This document shows, piece after piece, positions 7,590-14,904 of a stretch of 32,000 nt of DNA. The DNA comes from Candidatus Methanoperedens sp. (GTDB lineage: Archaea > Halobacteriota > Methanosarcinia > Methanosarcinales > Methanoperedenaceae), in NCBI GenBank assembly GCA_027460535.1, contig JAPZAR010000011.1, positions 210,001-242,000 of the forward strand, given 5' to 3'. The position numbers and the translations under genes were made by a program. Each line of letters opens with the position of its first letter. Within the stretch, counting starts at the first letter, position 1. The notes under the pieces are model-generated. The model was given only the letters and a program-made list of their open reading frames with translations. It was not told the DNA's origin and did not search any database.

Positions 7590-8879
7590 TTATTTCTTGC
7601 GCATCCAGACCCAATAGATTATAACTACGAATGCAATAAATATCACAAATATCAATACTGCCAACATGGGATTATAGGTCACTGGCGCTTTTATACCAGT
7701 TTGAATGGGGGTAGGTGTTGGCGCCGGGGTTTTGATGCCGGGCACCGGGGGACTGTATGTTACCTGTATGATTTTTGTTATGTTGTTCCCGTATCTGTCG
7801 GAAGCGGTTATGATAATATTATTTGCCCCTTCAAAAAGCGTGATTGTTTGATTCCATACCTCAGTTCCTGCGAATTTACCATTGACCAGTACTTCTTTGA
7901 CCCCGGATTCGGAAAAAGCCGTGCCTGAAACGATAATTGTCTGGTTCGTGGATGTTTCACCCTGGTCGGGCGATTCGATCATCAATTGAGGCGGGGGAGG
8001 TGCCCTGAATACATGCCATGTGTTGCCCGATGCCGCGTATATGTAATCACCCGATGGACGGATGGCTATGGCACTTTTATCTGCGAGTCCCGTCATCGAA
8101 AAACTGCCTGCGATCTTTGGTGCATGAGGATTGCTGACATCCAGCAGATCAAATTGCGATGTCCCGTCAGCCTGTGCGAGATAAACCCCGCCATCCGATA
8201 TTGCTATATCATAGACAATTTTTGTTCCGATAGTATGGAACATCTCTGTTGGCGTTGATGGATCGGACACGTCGATTATATAAAATCCCATTCTCCGCGC
8301 ACCTGTTAGAAATGCGTAATTTCCAGATGCTGCCACCGCTATTCCACCCAATCCCTGAATATACCCGCTGACATCGGATTGCTGAACGTAAAACTTACCC
8401 ACAAGCAAGGGGTTTGCTTCGTCGCTCAAATCGAAGATGAGCATTCCGGTGTTGGAATCGGCCACATACATATATCTGCCGGCGACAGCTACGTCATTTG
8501 CGGAGCTGAAATACGAGTAATGGTAAATTTCCCGTGGGTTTCCCGGGTCACTTATGTTGAGCACATATACCCATCCTGGACCTGCTGCAACATACAACTT
8601 TTCATCCGAGATCGACAGGCCAAGAACCCTATCAGATCCGCCAAAGTCATTGAATCTGGTAGCAATTTTCGGTCGTTCTGGATCGCTTGTGTTGTATATC
8701 AGAAGCGAGTTATCATCAGCGATAAACAGGTAACCTTCATAGAACTCTGCGCCATGGGGGTTGGAAGTTGTGAAAGTGGCTATCTCGCTCAGGTTTTCTA
8801 AAGGCGCTCCCCGTGTTGATCCCAGGATAGCGGATGACACCAGCATTAGCAGAAAGAACCCCCTTAACATATTTTTCAC
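7590..8879 (-). CDS. LVIVD-repeat beta-propeller surface protein with N-terminal signal peptide and C-terminal TM anchor
   Basis: Repeated LVIVD-type motifs (LLIYNTSDPERP, VYVLNISDPGNP, MLIFDLSDEANP, FYIIDVSDPSTP, FDLLDVSNPHAP). N-terminal hydrophobic signal (FFLLMLVSSAILG). P/T-rich linker, then C-terminal TM helix (MLAVLIFVIFIAFVVIIYWVW) followed by basic residues. Confidence 0.8.
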   Translation of the reverse strand: MKNMLRGFFLLMLVSSAILGSTRGAPLENLSEIATFTTSNPHGAEFYEGYLFIADDNSLLIYNTSDPERPKIATRFNDFGGSDRVLGLSISDEKLYVAAGPGWVYVLNISDPGNPREIYHYSYFSSANDVAVAGRYMYVADSNTGMLIFDLSDEANPLLVGKFYVQQSDVSGYIQGLGGIAVAASGNYAFLTGARRMGFYIIDVSDPSTPTEMFHTIGTKIVYDIAISDGGVYLAQADGTSQFDLLDVSNPHAPKIAGSFSMTGLADKSAIAIRPSGDYIYAASGNTWHVFRAPPPPQLMIESPDQGETSTNQTIIVSGTAFSESGVKEVLVNGKFAGTEVWNQTITLFEGANNIIITASDRYGNNITKIIQVTYSPPVPGIKTPAPTPTPIQTGIKAPVTYNPMLAVLIFVIFIAFVVIIYWVWMRKK

Positions 8880-8901
8880 AATAAGATTTAGAGTATTATG
8901 T

Positions 8902-8909
8902 TATTTAAA
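8902..8909 (-). promoter_or_regulatory. TATA-box-like element (TTTAAATA on the minus strand) upstream of the LVIVD gene
   Basis: Reverse complement of tatttaaa lies 23-30 nt upstream of ATG 8879, consistent with an archaeal promoter giving a leaderless or short-leader mRNA. Confidence 0.4.
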
Positions 8910-8963
8910 CCTATCCAATTCAGACTGCCGATAGAATTTGCAGGATAGCATTCCAGATATGCT

Positions 8964-9004
8964 CACCGCAAAGAGCTCGAAGAAGCGCGGCAGTAGTCTT
9001 TTAT
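8964..9004. repeat. 41-bp direct repeat, copy 1 (downstream boundary of the AT-rich cassette)
   Basis: caccgcaaagagcTcgaagaagcgcggcagTagtcttttat matches 11318-11358 at 39 of 41 positions in the same orientation. Confidence 0.9.
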
Positions 9005-9044
9005 TTCAAATGTTCTTAGCATGGAGGGAAATATGGAGAGCGTC

Positions 9045-9299
9045 TCAAGCTGTAGCTTCACTCAAGCTCAATTCGCCCGCTGCAAGCGGGTGAACAAGTA
9101 AGTCGGATTTTTGGAATTTTTTCATAAGTTTGTCAATCTTTTCCGATTCTTTCGGAGAATAATAGGCTTCACCGCATTCATTACAGATATATGCGGTAAT
9201 ATTTTTTATGACCAGTATCTCTTCTCCCACCTTTACAACAAACTCGGTTTTTCCTTTCATTAACTTGCCTTTGCAGAAACTGCATCTATCGGGTTTCAT
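9045..9299 (-). CDS. YgiT/MqsA-N-type zinc-ribbon protein (84 aa)
   Basis: Two Cys pairs, CSFCKG and CNECGE, with the intervening beta-rich segment typical of YgiT-type zinc fingers. No HTH domain follows. AGGAAGGA Shine-Dalgarno-like motif upstream. Confidence 0.7.
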   Translation of the reverse strand: MKPDRCSFCKGKLMKGKTEFVVKVGEEILVIKNITAYICNECGEAYYSPKESEKIDKLMKKFQKSDLLVHPLAAGELSLSEATA

Positions 9300-9343
9300 T
9301 ATTAGTCCTTCCTTATTCTGTTATCAATCCATTTAGTTTTTAT

Positions 9344-10603
9344 TCATAGCAGAATATCTTTGGCAAATTCTCTTACCTGCGACTTATTTTCATCAGGACA
9401 GAAAACGTATAACTTTAAAAGAGGTTCTTGTGAGCCGAAAATAGGAGACTCTTTTTCGATTTCGTGAAGCCCTTCATCGTCAAGAATGAGTATGGGGGTC
9501 TCACCTGACTTAAAAAATTCATAAGAAGATTTGTATAATGTATTCTCGATTTTTTGTAAATGCACTATAATAAAATCTTTATCACAATTGCATTTTTCGG
9601 CCAATTCTTCTTCTAATATCTTGAAGTCTTTGGGTTTCAATCGCATTATTTTCCTTTTTTTCATTGGATTTAATTTTCTAAGGTCTATTTCGAATCCCCT
9701 TTTCAACAGATTTCTATTTTCCAAATCGTTTATTAATTTGAATGAGTTGCTTTCTTTGTTCGATAATATTTTTATGAAAAGCCTGCTGTCATCCAGCGAT
9801 AGGTAGTTCTCCAAAAATTCATCGTTATCAAATTTGAGTAAATCCTCATCTAAAATCCCGTCATGTATGGCTATCTCCACAGCGCGATTTAGCATATTGT
9901 CTGAAATTGCCCTGACATGATGATAATATACTTGGGTATGCATCAAAAACCGAGCCAGACGATAACTTTCAATAGCATCTTGCCCTTTTTTCAAAATCGC
10001 AATCTCTGATCTCTCTCCATCGACCACTTTTTGTATGGTATGAAGAATCCTTTCAAGATCGAATATACCATATGCTACGCCTGTGTGGTAGGAATCTCTT
10101 CTTAAATAATCCAATCTATCCGCATCGATGTTTCCAGAAATAATTTTGCCATTGACGCTATCATTTTTTTCATTAAATAAAGAAAGAATATCATCTTTCA
10201 AGCCACCCAGAATCTTGTCTAAATCCTCATCTTCTTCTATTATCCGGAGTGTAATATCCTCATGGCTGATCTCTTTTTTGTTCACATTCTCAAGAATAGC
10301 TTCAAAATTATGGGATAAAGGTCCATGCCCGACATCATGGAGCAACGCAGCATAGCGAACAATCTCAATCTCATGGTCGCTTAGTCTGAGCTTTTCTGCC
10401 ATTCTGGTTGCTATATGAAGAACTCCAAGCGTATGCTCAAATCTGGAATGGCAGGCGCTTGGATAGACCAGATGAGTGTTTCCCAATTGCTTAATTCGCC
10501 TGAGTCTTTGAACGACGGGTGTACTTAAAAGCTCCAGTTCTTTATGTGTGAGCCCGATAAAACCATAAAGAGGATCCCTGAAAAATTTTTCAAATTCAAG
10601 CAT
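9344..10603 (-). CDS. SAMHD1/dGTPase-type HD-domain phosphohydrolase (COG1078-like, putative dNTP triphosphohydrolase)
   Basis: Complete HD metal and catalytic set: HSRFEHTLGV, LLHDVGHGPLSH, DADRLDYLRRDSYHTGV. 419 aa. The ATG overlaps the upstream gene's stop (TAATG). Very AT-rich coding sequence. Confidence 0.85.
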   Translation of the reverse strand: MLEFEKFFRDPLYGFIGLTHKELELLSTPVVQRLRRIKQLGNTHLVYPSACHSRFEHTLGVLHIATRMAEKLRLSDHEIEIVRYAALLHDVGHGPLSHNFEAILENVNKKEISHEDITLRIIEEDEDLDKILGGLKDDILSLFNEKNDSVNGKIISGNIDADRLDYLRRDSYHTGVAYGIFDLERILHTIQKVVDGERSEIAILKKGQDAIESYRLARFLMHTQVYYHHVRAISDNMLNRAVEIAIHDGILDEDLLKFDNDEFLENYLSLDDSRLFIKILSNKESNSFKLINDLENRNLLKRGFEIDLRKLNPMKKRKIMRLKPKDFKILEEELAEKCNCDKDFIIVHLQKIENTLYKSSYEFFKSGETPILILDDEGLHEIEKESPIFGSQEPLLKLYVFCPDENKSQVREFAKDILL

Positions 10604-11190
10604 TACTCAGCCTGACAAAGATTCAATTGCTTTAAAAGTTCGACCGCAGTATCAATTTGTGACTGGTCCAGTTTCCAGCCAAAAGATTCGGCTGTTAATG
10701 TTATTTCTTCAGGTGTCATAGGCTTACCCTGCTCTGAAAGAATGTAATTTACTTTTGCAGCCCACGATAGAATATTTACATCAAGGTTCGCGGTTTTTTT
10801 GCAGATCTTGACTAAATTTACAATTTTATTATATTCATCCGTGTGTTCTTTCTTAATATGTTCGGTTATCTCATTGCCGTCTCTGGAAATTGTATAGCAG
10901 TACCTTTTCCAGTCCTCAGAGACTGTAAATCCGGTTGTTTCGCGGGTTTCCACTTCTTCTTTCACAAAATCGAGGTATGTAAGCTCGTGGATGGTGCTGG
11001 AGACTTCGGAACTATAGGGACCGTAGTAATGCGGCTTATATTTTACATCAACAAGTCCAAATAAAGATTCAAAATAGACCAGTTTTTGAATCGCAGTTCG
11101 CCCTGGAATACAATCTCCTGCGGCTTTAATGGTTATTAATATCGCATCCAAAAGTTCCAATTTAATCCCTCTGATAGCCTCTTGTAACAT
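10603..11190 (-). CDS. Panacea/DUF4065 (SocA-like) domain protein, putative antitoxin
   Basis: Signature AIQKLVYFESLFG followed by HYYGPYSSEV matches the DUF4065/Panacea core. The start was set at internal ATG 11190, which has TATA-like boxes directly upstream. The ORF-track extension to 11367 reads through the promoter and the direct repeat. Confidence 0.7.
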   Translation of the reverse strand: MLQEAIRGIKLELLDAILITIKAAGDCIPGRTAIQKLVYFESLFGLVDVKYKPHYYGPYSSEVSSTIHELTYLDFVKEEVETRETTGFTVSEDWKRYCYTISRDGNEITEHIKKEHTDEYNKIVNLVKICKKTANLDVNILSWAAKVNYILSEQGKPMTPEEITLTAESFGWKLDQSQIDTAVELLKQLNLCQAE

Positions 11191-11207
11191 ATATTTAATT
11201 TTTATAG

Positions 11208-11215
11208 TATTTAAA
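11208..11215 (-). promoter_or_regulatory. TATA-box-like element (TTTAAATA) for the cassette operon, implying a leaderless transcript
   Basis: Minus-strand sequence is catTTTAAATActATAAAAAttaaatatATG. The TATA octamer lies 18-25 nt upstream of ATG 11190. Confidence 0.45.
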
Positions 11216-11317
11216 TGCTGATGAGTTGTTTTAGGGGGGGAGAGGGCATAAACTCTAACGAAGCGGGGCGAAAGTATTCTGATAACACAAACAGGAGCAG
11301 ATACAGTAATTAAAATC

Positions 11318-11358
11318 CACCGCAAAGAGCGCGAAGAAGCGCGGCAGCAGTCTTTTAT
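11318..11358. repeat. 41-bp direct repeat, copy 2 (upstream boundary of the AT-rich cassette)
   Basis: caccgcaaagagcGcgaagaagcgcggcagCagtcttttat; 39 of 41 identical to 8964-9004, 2354 bp away, in direct orientation. Confidence 0.9.
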
Positions 11359-11540
11359 AAAAAGCAACGAACTGATGCGAACTTGTAAGAACTCGGCGGT
11401 GCGATGTGAGCGCGCGGCGCCTTTCGCCTTTTGAGAATAAACGACGACCGCATCAAAGTTATTATTACAGAAATGATAATTTTAGGACTTTTACTTGTGG
11501 TTTTATAGCGTATCGATATAAAACAATAACGTCCCTTCCC

Positions 11541-11897
11541 TCAATGTCCCGCTCCTCCCGCTTCCGCGTGCACCGCCGCATACCTCTCCGTGATCAGCGC
11601 GCGCTTGAGCCTGAACATCACCTTCTGCTTATCGAAATTATACTGTTCTGCCAGCGTCCTGATGAGCCTCTTCTTTGATGCGCCTTTCAAGCTCATCTCA
11701 GACATGATACCGTCAACGAACTCCTTGCCCCGGTCAGCTTCCTTCTTAGCCTCGGCTTTTATTTCAGGCGAAGGCGCTTCAGCTTCTACAGCTTTGGGCG
11801 CCGCCTTTTGCACATCGGCCGTCCCCGGCGTCGCTGCATTCTCAGTTGGCTTTTCTGTTTTGACTGCTTTCTTTACTACTTCCGCCATGCCCATCAC
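11541..11897 (-). CDS. small K/A/E-rich protein (118 aa), last gene of the hdr/fdh-like operon
   Basis: The ATG overlaps the stop of the upstream FdhA-like gene (ATGA at 11894-11897). Low-complexity K/A/E/P N-terminal half, then a predicted helical C-terminal half (FVDGIMSEMSLKGASKKRLIRTLAEQYNFDKQKVMFRLKRALITERY). No family recognised. Confidence 0.55.
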   Translation of the reverse strand: MMGMAEVVKKAVKTEKPTENAATPGTADVQKAAPKAVEAEAPSPEIKAEAKKEADRGKEFVDGIMSEMSLKGASKKRLIRTLAEQYNFDKQKVMFRLKRALITERYAAVHAEAGGAGH

Positions 11898-13297
11898 CTC
11901 GATATCTCAACGGGCGTGATAATACCTTTCTCTATCCCGAACCTGTTACCTGTGAGCAGGATACTATCCTGTACAGGCGCGACCTTAAATTTCTTTTCAA
12001 CGGCGCTTCCGTTTGACTTTATCTTTAACATGCCGCCTTTCAGGAGTTTGAGCGCCCTTACAGTGTTGAGATTCAGCTCCACGAAATCGTTGTCATCAGG
12101 CAAACCAAACCACATGAAAGGGTTATACACGCTCACAAGTGCAGTTTTTGTTTCAGGCGGTTTTGGTGCCGCCTGGATTGCGCCGTATGCTGGTCTCTCG
12201 TATTTCGGGATCGTGAACTCATCGACTGCGTTAATCCCCAGCACCTTTTTCATGGTCTCGTGCAGTGAATTGAACTCGAATTTGGTACCCGCAATTATCC
12301 CGAGCGCATCAAGCCCGCTAGTTCCAGCGCCGCCCAGTGATTGCGCCCTTCCTTCATTATTGAGGAGCGTGCCTTTTTTCCTGTACAGGGGCTCATGGGC
12401 TATCACCACGTTCGCTTTTGTCGTGCCTGCATGTCCGGTCTGGACGATCAGGTTCGTGAGCTTTGAAAGGGTCTCAGAAGGAATCAGCGCGGATGGGTCG
12501 GATTCCAGGCAGAACAGAGTCTTTACCGCCCCTTTGTTGATATCCTCAACAAGCTGCGCCAGTGACTTTTGCTTTGCATCCTTAGAAAGGATATAAGCGC
12601 CCGTCGAATTCGCGAAGGGCTTGAGGAACGTTACTTTTGAGCCTGCGCTCTTTGCAAGTGAAAGCACGCTCTTCACCTGCTCAACATCCGAGAGCGGATG
12701 GAAATCCGAGATAACAAGCGAATCTTTCGTAAGCTGAAGTTTTGGAATATCGGCAGGTCTGATATTCTCATCGGCAAGAGGCAGATCTTTCCACCATACA
12801 GCTGTAATTCTTGCACCTTTATTCTTGGCAGAAAGAAGCCGCCGGACTATCAGCGGATATTGCTCATAGGGATCAATGAAAAGCACTATATGCTTTGCAG
12901 CCTCGATTTCGCTATAGGGTATCCCAATGCTGAGCGTCTGATACACATCCTTCGGGAATGCCTCAAAGTTTGCTCCTGTGCACAAATATGATTCAGCCAG
13001 TTTCTGGAACGCAAGCAGCTCCTCGCATGTGGTATTTCCGGGGGATAAGAATGCAACCTTGCCTGCCGAGATCCTCCCAGCCGCCTCTTTTGCCGCATCT
13101 TCAAGCGTTGTTTCTTTTCCATCCACCGCCGATTTTACAGGTGAATAGAGGCGGGGAAGGCTCATCCCGAACCTGCATAACTTCCCGGCATTGGCAGGTG
13201 AGGATTTCCTGAAATCCACTTCAATAGCGCCATTTTCGCGGATATACAGACCGCAGCCGAAATTGCAGCCCGGGCATATGGTTGAATATACGTTCAT
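11894..13297 (-). CDS. short molybdopterin-oxidoreductase family protein (FdhA/FwdB-like, 467 aa)
   Basis: N-terminal 4Fe-4S Mo/W-bisPGD-type motif (CPGCNFGCGLYI, then GKLCRFG). C-terminal beta-barrel-like 'molydopterin dinucleotide binding' style segment (FVELNLNTVRALKLLKGGMLKIKS). Much shorter than canonical FdhA. Confidence 0.65.
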   Translation of the reverse strand: MNVYSTICPGCNFGCGLYIRENGAIEVDFRKSSPANAGKLCRFGMSLPRLYSPVKSAVDGKETTLEDAAKEAAGRISAGKVAFLSPGNTTCEELLAFQKLAESYLCTGANFEAFPKDVYQTLSIGIPYSEIEAAKHIVLFIDPYEQYPLIVRRLLSAKNKGARITAVWWKDLPLADENIRPADIPKLQLTKDSLVISDFHPLSDVEQVKSVLSLAKSAGSKVTFLKPFANSTGAYILSKDAKQKSLAQLVEDINKGAVKTLFCLESDPSALIPSETLSKLTNLIVQTGHAGTTKANVVIAHEPLYRKKGTLLNNEGRAQSLGGAGTSGLDALGIIAGTKFEFNSLHETMKKVLGINAVDEFTIPKYERPAYGAIQAAPKPPETKTALVSVYNPFMWFGLPDDNDFVELNLNTVRALKLLKGGMLKIKSNGSAVEKKFKVAPVQDSILLTGNRFGIEKGIITPVEISR

Positions 13298-13300
13298 GTC

Positions 13301-14452
13301 TCAGACCTCCAGCTTTGCTTCAAAGTATGGTGGCTTCCTCAGATCCATTCCGGGCTCGTACTTTAATTGCTCCTGCACAGGATTTGCAAAGCGTCTGTAC
13401 AGCCTTGTAAGCGGTATGTCCACCGGGCATACATCGCTGCACTGCCCGCACCCGATGCAAGAGTCAGCAAGATGCAAGAAGCGCACAAGGTGATACATGG
13501 ACATCTTGTAGGCATCGCCTCTTGAATGATACTCCGTGCACTTTGAAATATCGCCGCATGAGCAGGTGGGACACACAGCCTTGCATGCCCCGCAGTCTAT
13601 GCAGTGCTCAAGCTCTTTCCTGAAATAATCGAGCCTGTTATCGATCGGGACAAAGACCTTATCCTTCCATTTCTTTCCAAGACCTTCCATCACGCCTTTT
13701 ATCTTGGCACGTGCTGCAACTCCTTTCTCATCTGGCTTCTGCACTTGTACATATCCGGCGTCGATGGCATTCTGAAGGAGCTTTGCCCCCTTTTCAGAAT
13801 TTATTTCAACGAATGTGGCTTTGCCAACAAGGTCTCCGGTGACGCCCCAGTTGCCGCAGGCAATGTCGGCGTTGCCGGGGATCTTTATCGTGCAATATCG
13901 GCAGCTCTCGCGTCTTCCGTATCCTTTCTCTTCAAGTTCGTCGATGGTAATTGCATGCTCTTTTCCATCCTTTGTCTCGAAGATGAGTTTCCCTTTCTCA
14001 ATTTCTTCACCGTGAACATCTTCGGGTTTTATCTTGTACATCACTTCAAGCATCTCGCGGGTTACGACAGGATGCATCGATCCTCCGCAGTTCAATCCCA
14101 CGATGAACGTATCATTAAGATTTACCGCATTGCGCTTGCCCTGCTCGATTATTCCGCGTACATCACATCCCTTGGCAGGAAGTGCTATTTTCAAATCTCT
14201 ATTCGCGATCAACTTTGCAAAGTTGCTCGGAACAGAGTGCAGGGAACCTGCAGAGTTCAATACTTCGTTGACATCAGAGGTGATGATCGGAACAGCCTCG
14301 AACTCATTTATTTTCTTAAGTACTACAACAGCATCCACAAGCTTCTTTTCAAGCGCCGCCGCCAGCATTGAGGTTACAAGACCTCCCGAGCCTCCCCGGC
14401 TCCTGACCTCTTCTTTTGTTGACCAGCCCACGTACATCTCACCTTTTTGCAT
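13301..14452 (-). CDS. FrhB/FdhB-family F420-interacting flavoprotein with C-terminal 2x[4Fe-4S] ferredoxin domain
   Basis: FrhB/FdhB N-terminal pattern (RGGSGGLVTSMLAAALEKKLVDAVVV, GLNCGG). C-terminal CIDCGACKAVCPTCSC and CIGCGQCSDVCPVD. The start overlaps the mvhD stop (TGATG). Confidence 0.75.
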   Translation of the reverse strand: MQKGEMYVGWSTKEEVRSRGGSGGLVTSMLAAALEKKLVDAVVVLKKINEFEAVPIITSDVNEVLNSAGSLHSVPSNFAKLIANRDLKIALPAKGCDVRGIIEQGKRNAVNLNDTFIVGLNCGGSMHPVVTREMLEVMYKIKPEDVHGEEIEKGKLIFETKDGKEHAITIDELEEKGYGRRESCRYCTIKIPGNADIACGNWGVTGDLVGKATFVEINSEKGAKLLQNAIDAGYVQVQKPDEKGVAARAKIKGVMEGLGKKWKDKVFVPIDNRLDYFRKELEHCIDCGACKAVCPTCSCGDISKCTEYHSRGDAYKMSMYHLVRFLHLADSCIGCGQCSDVCPVDIPLTRLYRRFANPVQEQLKYEPGMDLRKPPYFEAKLEV

Positions 14453-14904
14453 CAGGCTACCCCCTCTGGTTTAAGCGGGCTTGGCCCGATCTTTTTTATC
14501 TGCTCCGTGACATCGCGGATGAAATTAGCGAACTTCTCCCCTTCACTAGCAGATATCCAGTTAAGCTGGAGCCTCTCTTTCTCGATTCCCAATTCCCGCA
14601 CCACATTTTCAAGGAATTTGTATTTTATTTTTGTCTTATCGTTGCCATTGACATAATGGCAATCCCCTATGTGGCATCCCGTGACCAAAACAGCATCTGC
14701 ACCTTCAAGGAACGCATTGAACACATGAAGCGGGTCTATCCTGCCTGAGCACATGACTCGTATGATCCTTGTGGACGGTGGCTGCTGGAATCTCCCCATG
14801 CCCGCGCTGTCTGCGCCCCCGTAGGAGCACCAGTTGCAGCAGAACGCCACGATCTTGGGTTCCCAGCCGTTCCCCGCCACCGTGGGCTTCTCAGCAGCAC
14901 TCAT
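14452..14904 (-). CDS. mvhD: MvhD-type [2Fe-2S] protein (methyl-viologen-reducing hydrogenase delta subunit family), copy 1
   Basis: WEPKIVAFCCNWCSYGGAD, VMCSGRIDP and GCHIGDCHY. The start was trimmed to ATG 14904, which overlaps the hdrA stop as ATGA. The ORF-track start at 15027 lies inside hdrA. Confidence 0.85.
   Translation of the reverse strand: MSAAEKPTVAGNGWEPKIVAFCCNWCSYGGADSAGMGRFQQPPSTRIIRVMCSGRIDPLHVFNAFLEGADAVLVTGCHIGDCHYVNGNDKTKIKYKFLENVVRELGIEKERLQLNWISASEGEKFANFIRDVTEQIKKIGPSPLKPEGVA

Noticed and set aside
8964-11358. The 41-bp repeats as a CRISPR array or as terminal inverted repeats of an IS element
   Set aside because: There are only two copies, 2.35 kb apart, so this is not a repeat-spacer array. 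They are direct rather than inverted, and no transposase is enclosed.
10603-11367. Full-length 254-aa ORF-track version of the Panacea-domain gene
   Set aside because: The first 59 codons (MLFIKDCCRASSRSLRW...) read through the 41-bp direct repeat and the TATA-like promoter and look non-protein-like. The internal ATG at 11190 is directly preceded by TTTAAATA/TATAAAAA boxes and begins the recognisable domain.
11368-11540. GC-rich stretch (ggcggtgcgatgtgagcgcgcggcgcctttcgcc) and the tatcgata palindrome as a small RNA or terminator
   Set aside because: Only 4-bp stems can be drawn, and there is no convincing structure or conservation evidence. T-rich runs just after the operon stop may act as an archaeal terminator, but I cannot support a specific call.
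11808-12596. 262-aa plus-strand ORF antisense to the FdhA-like gene
   Set aside because: S/F/L/P-rich low-complexity translation with no motifs. It is the mirror image of a well-supported minus-strand gene in GC-rich sequence. The same reasoning applies to 11590-11919 and 12698-13493.
13604-14474. 255-aa and 146-aa plus-strand ORFs antisense to the FrhB-like gene
   Set aside because: No recognisable domains, and they lie opposite a strongly supported gene. These are typical shadow ORFs.
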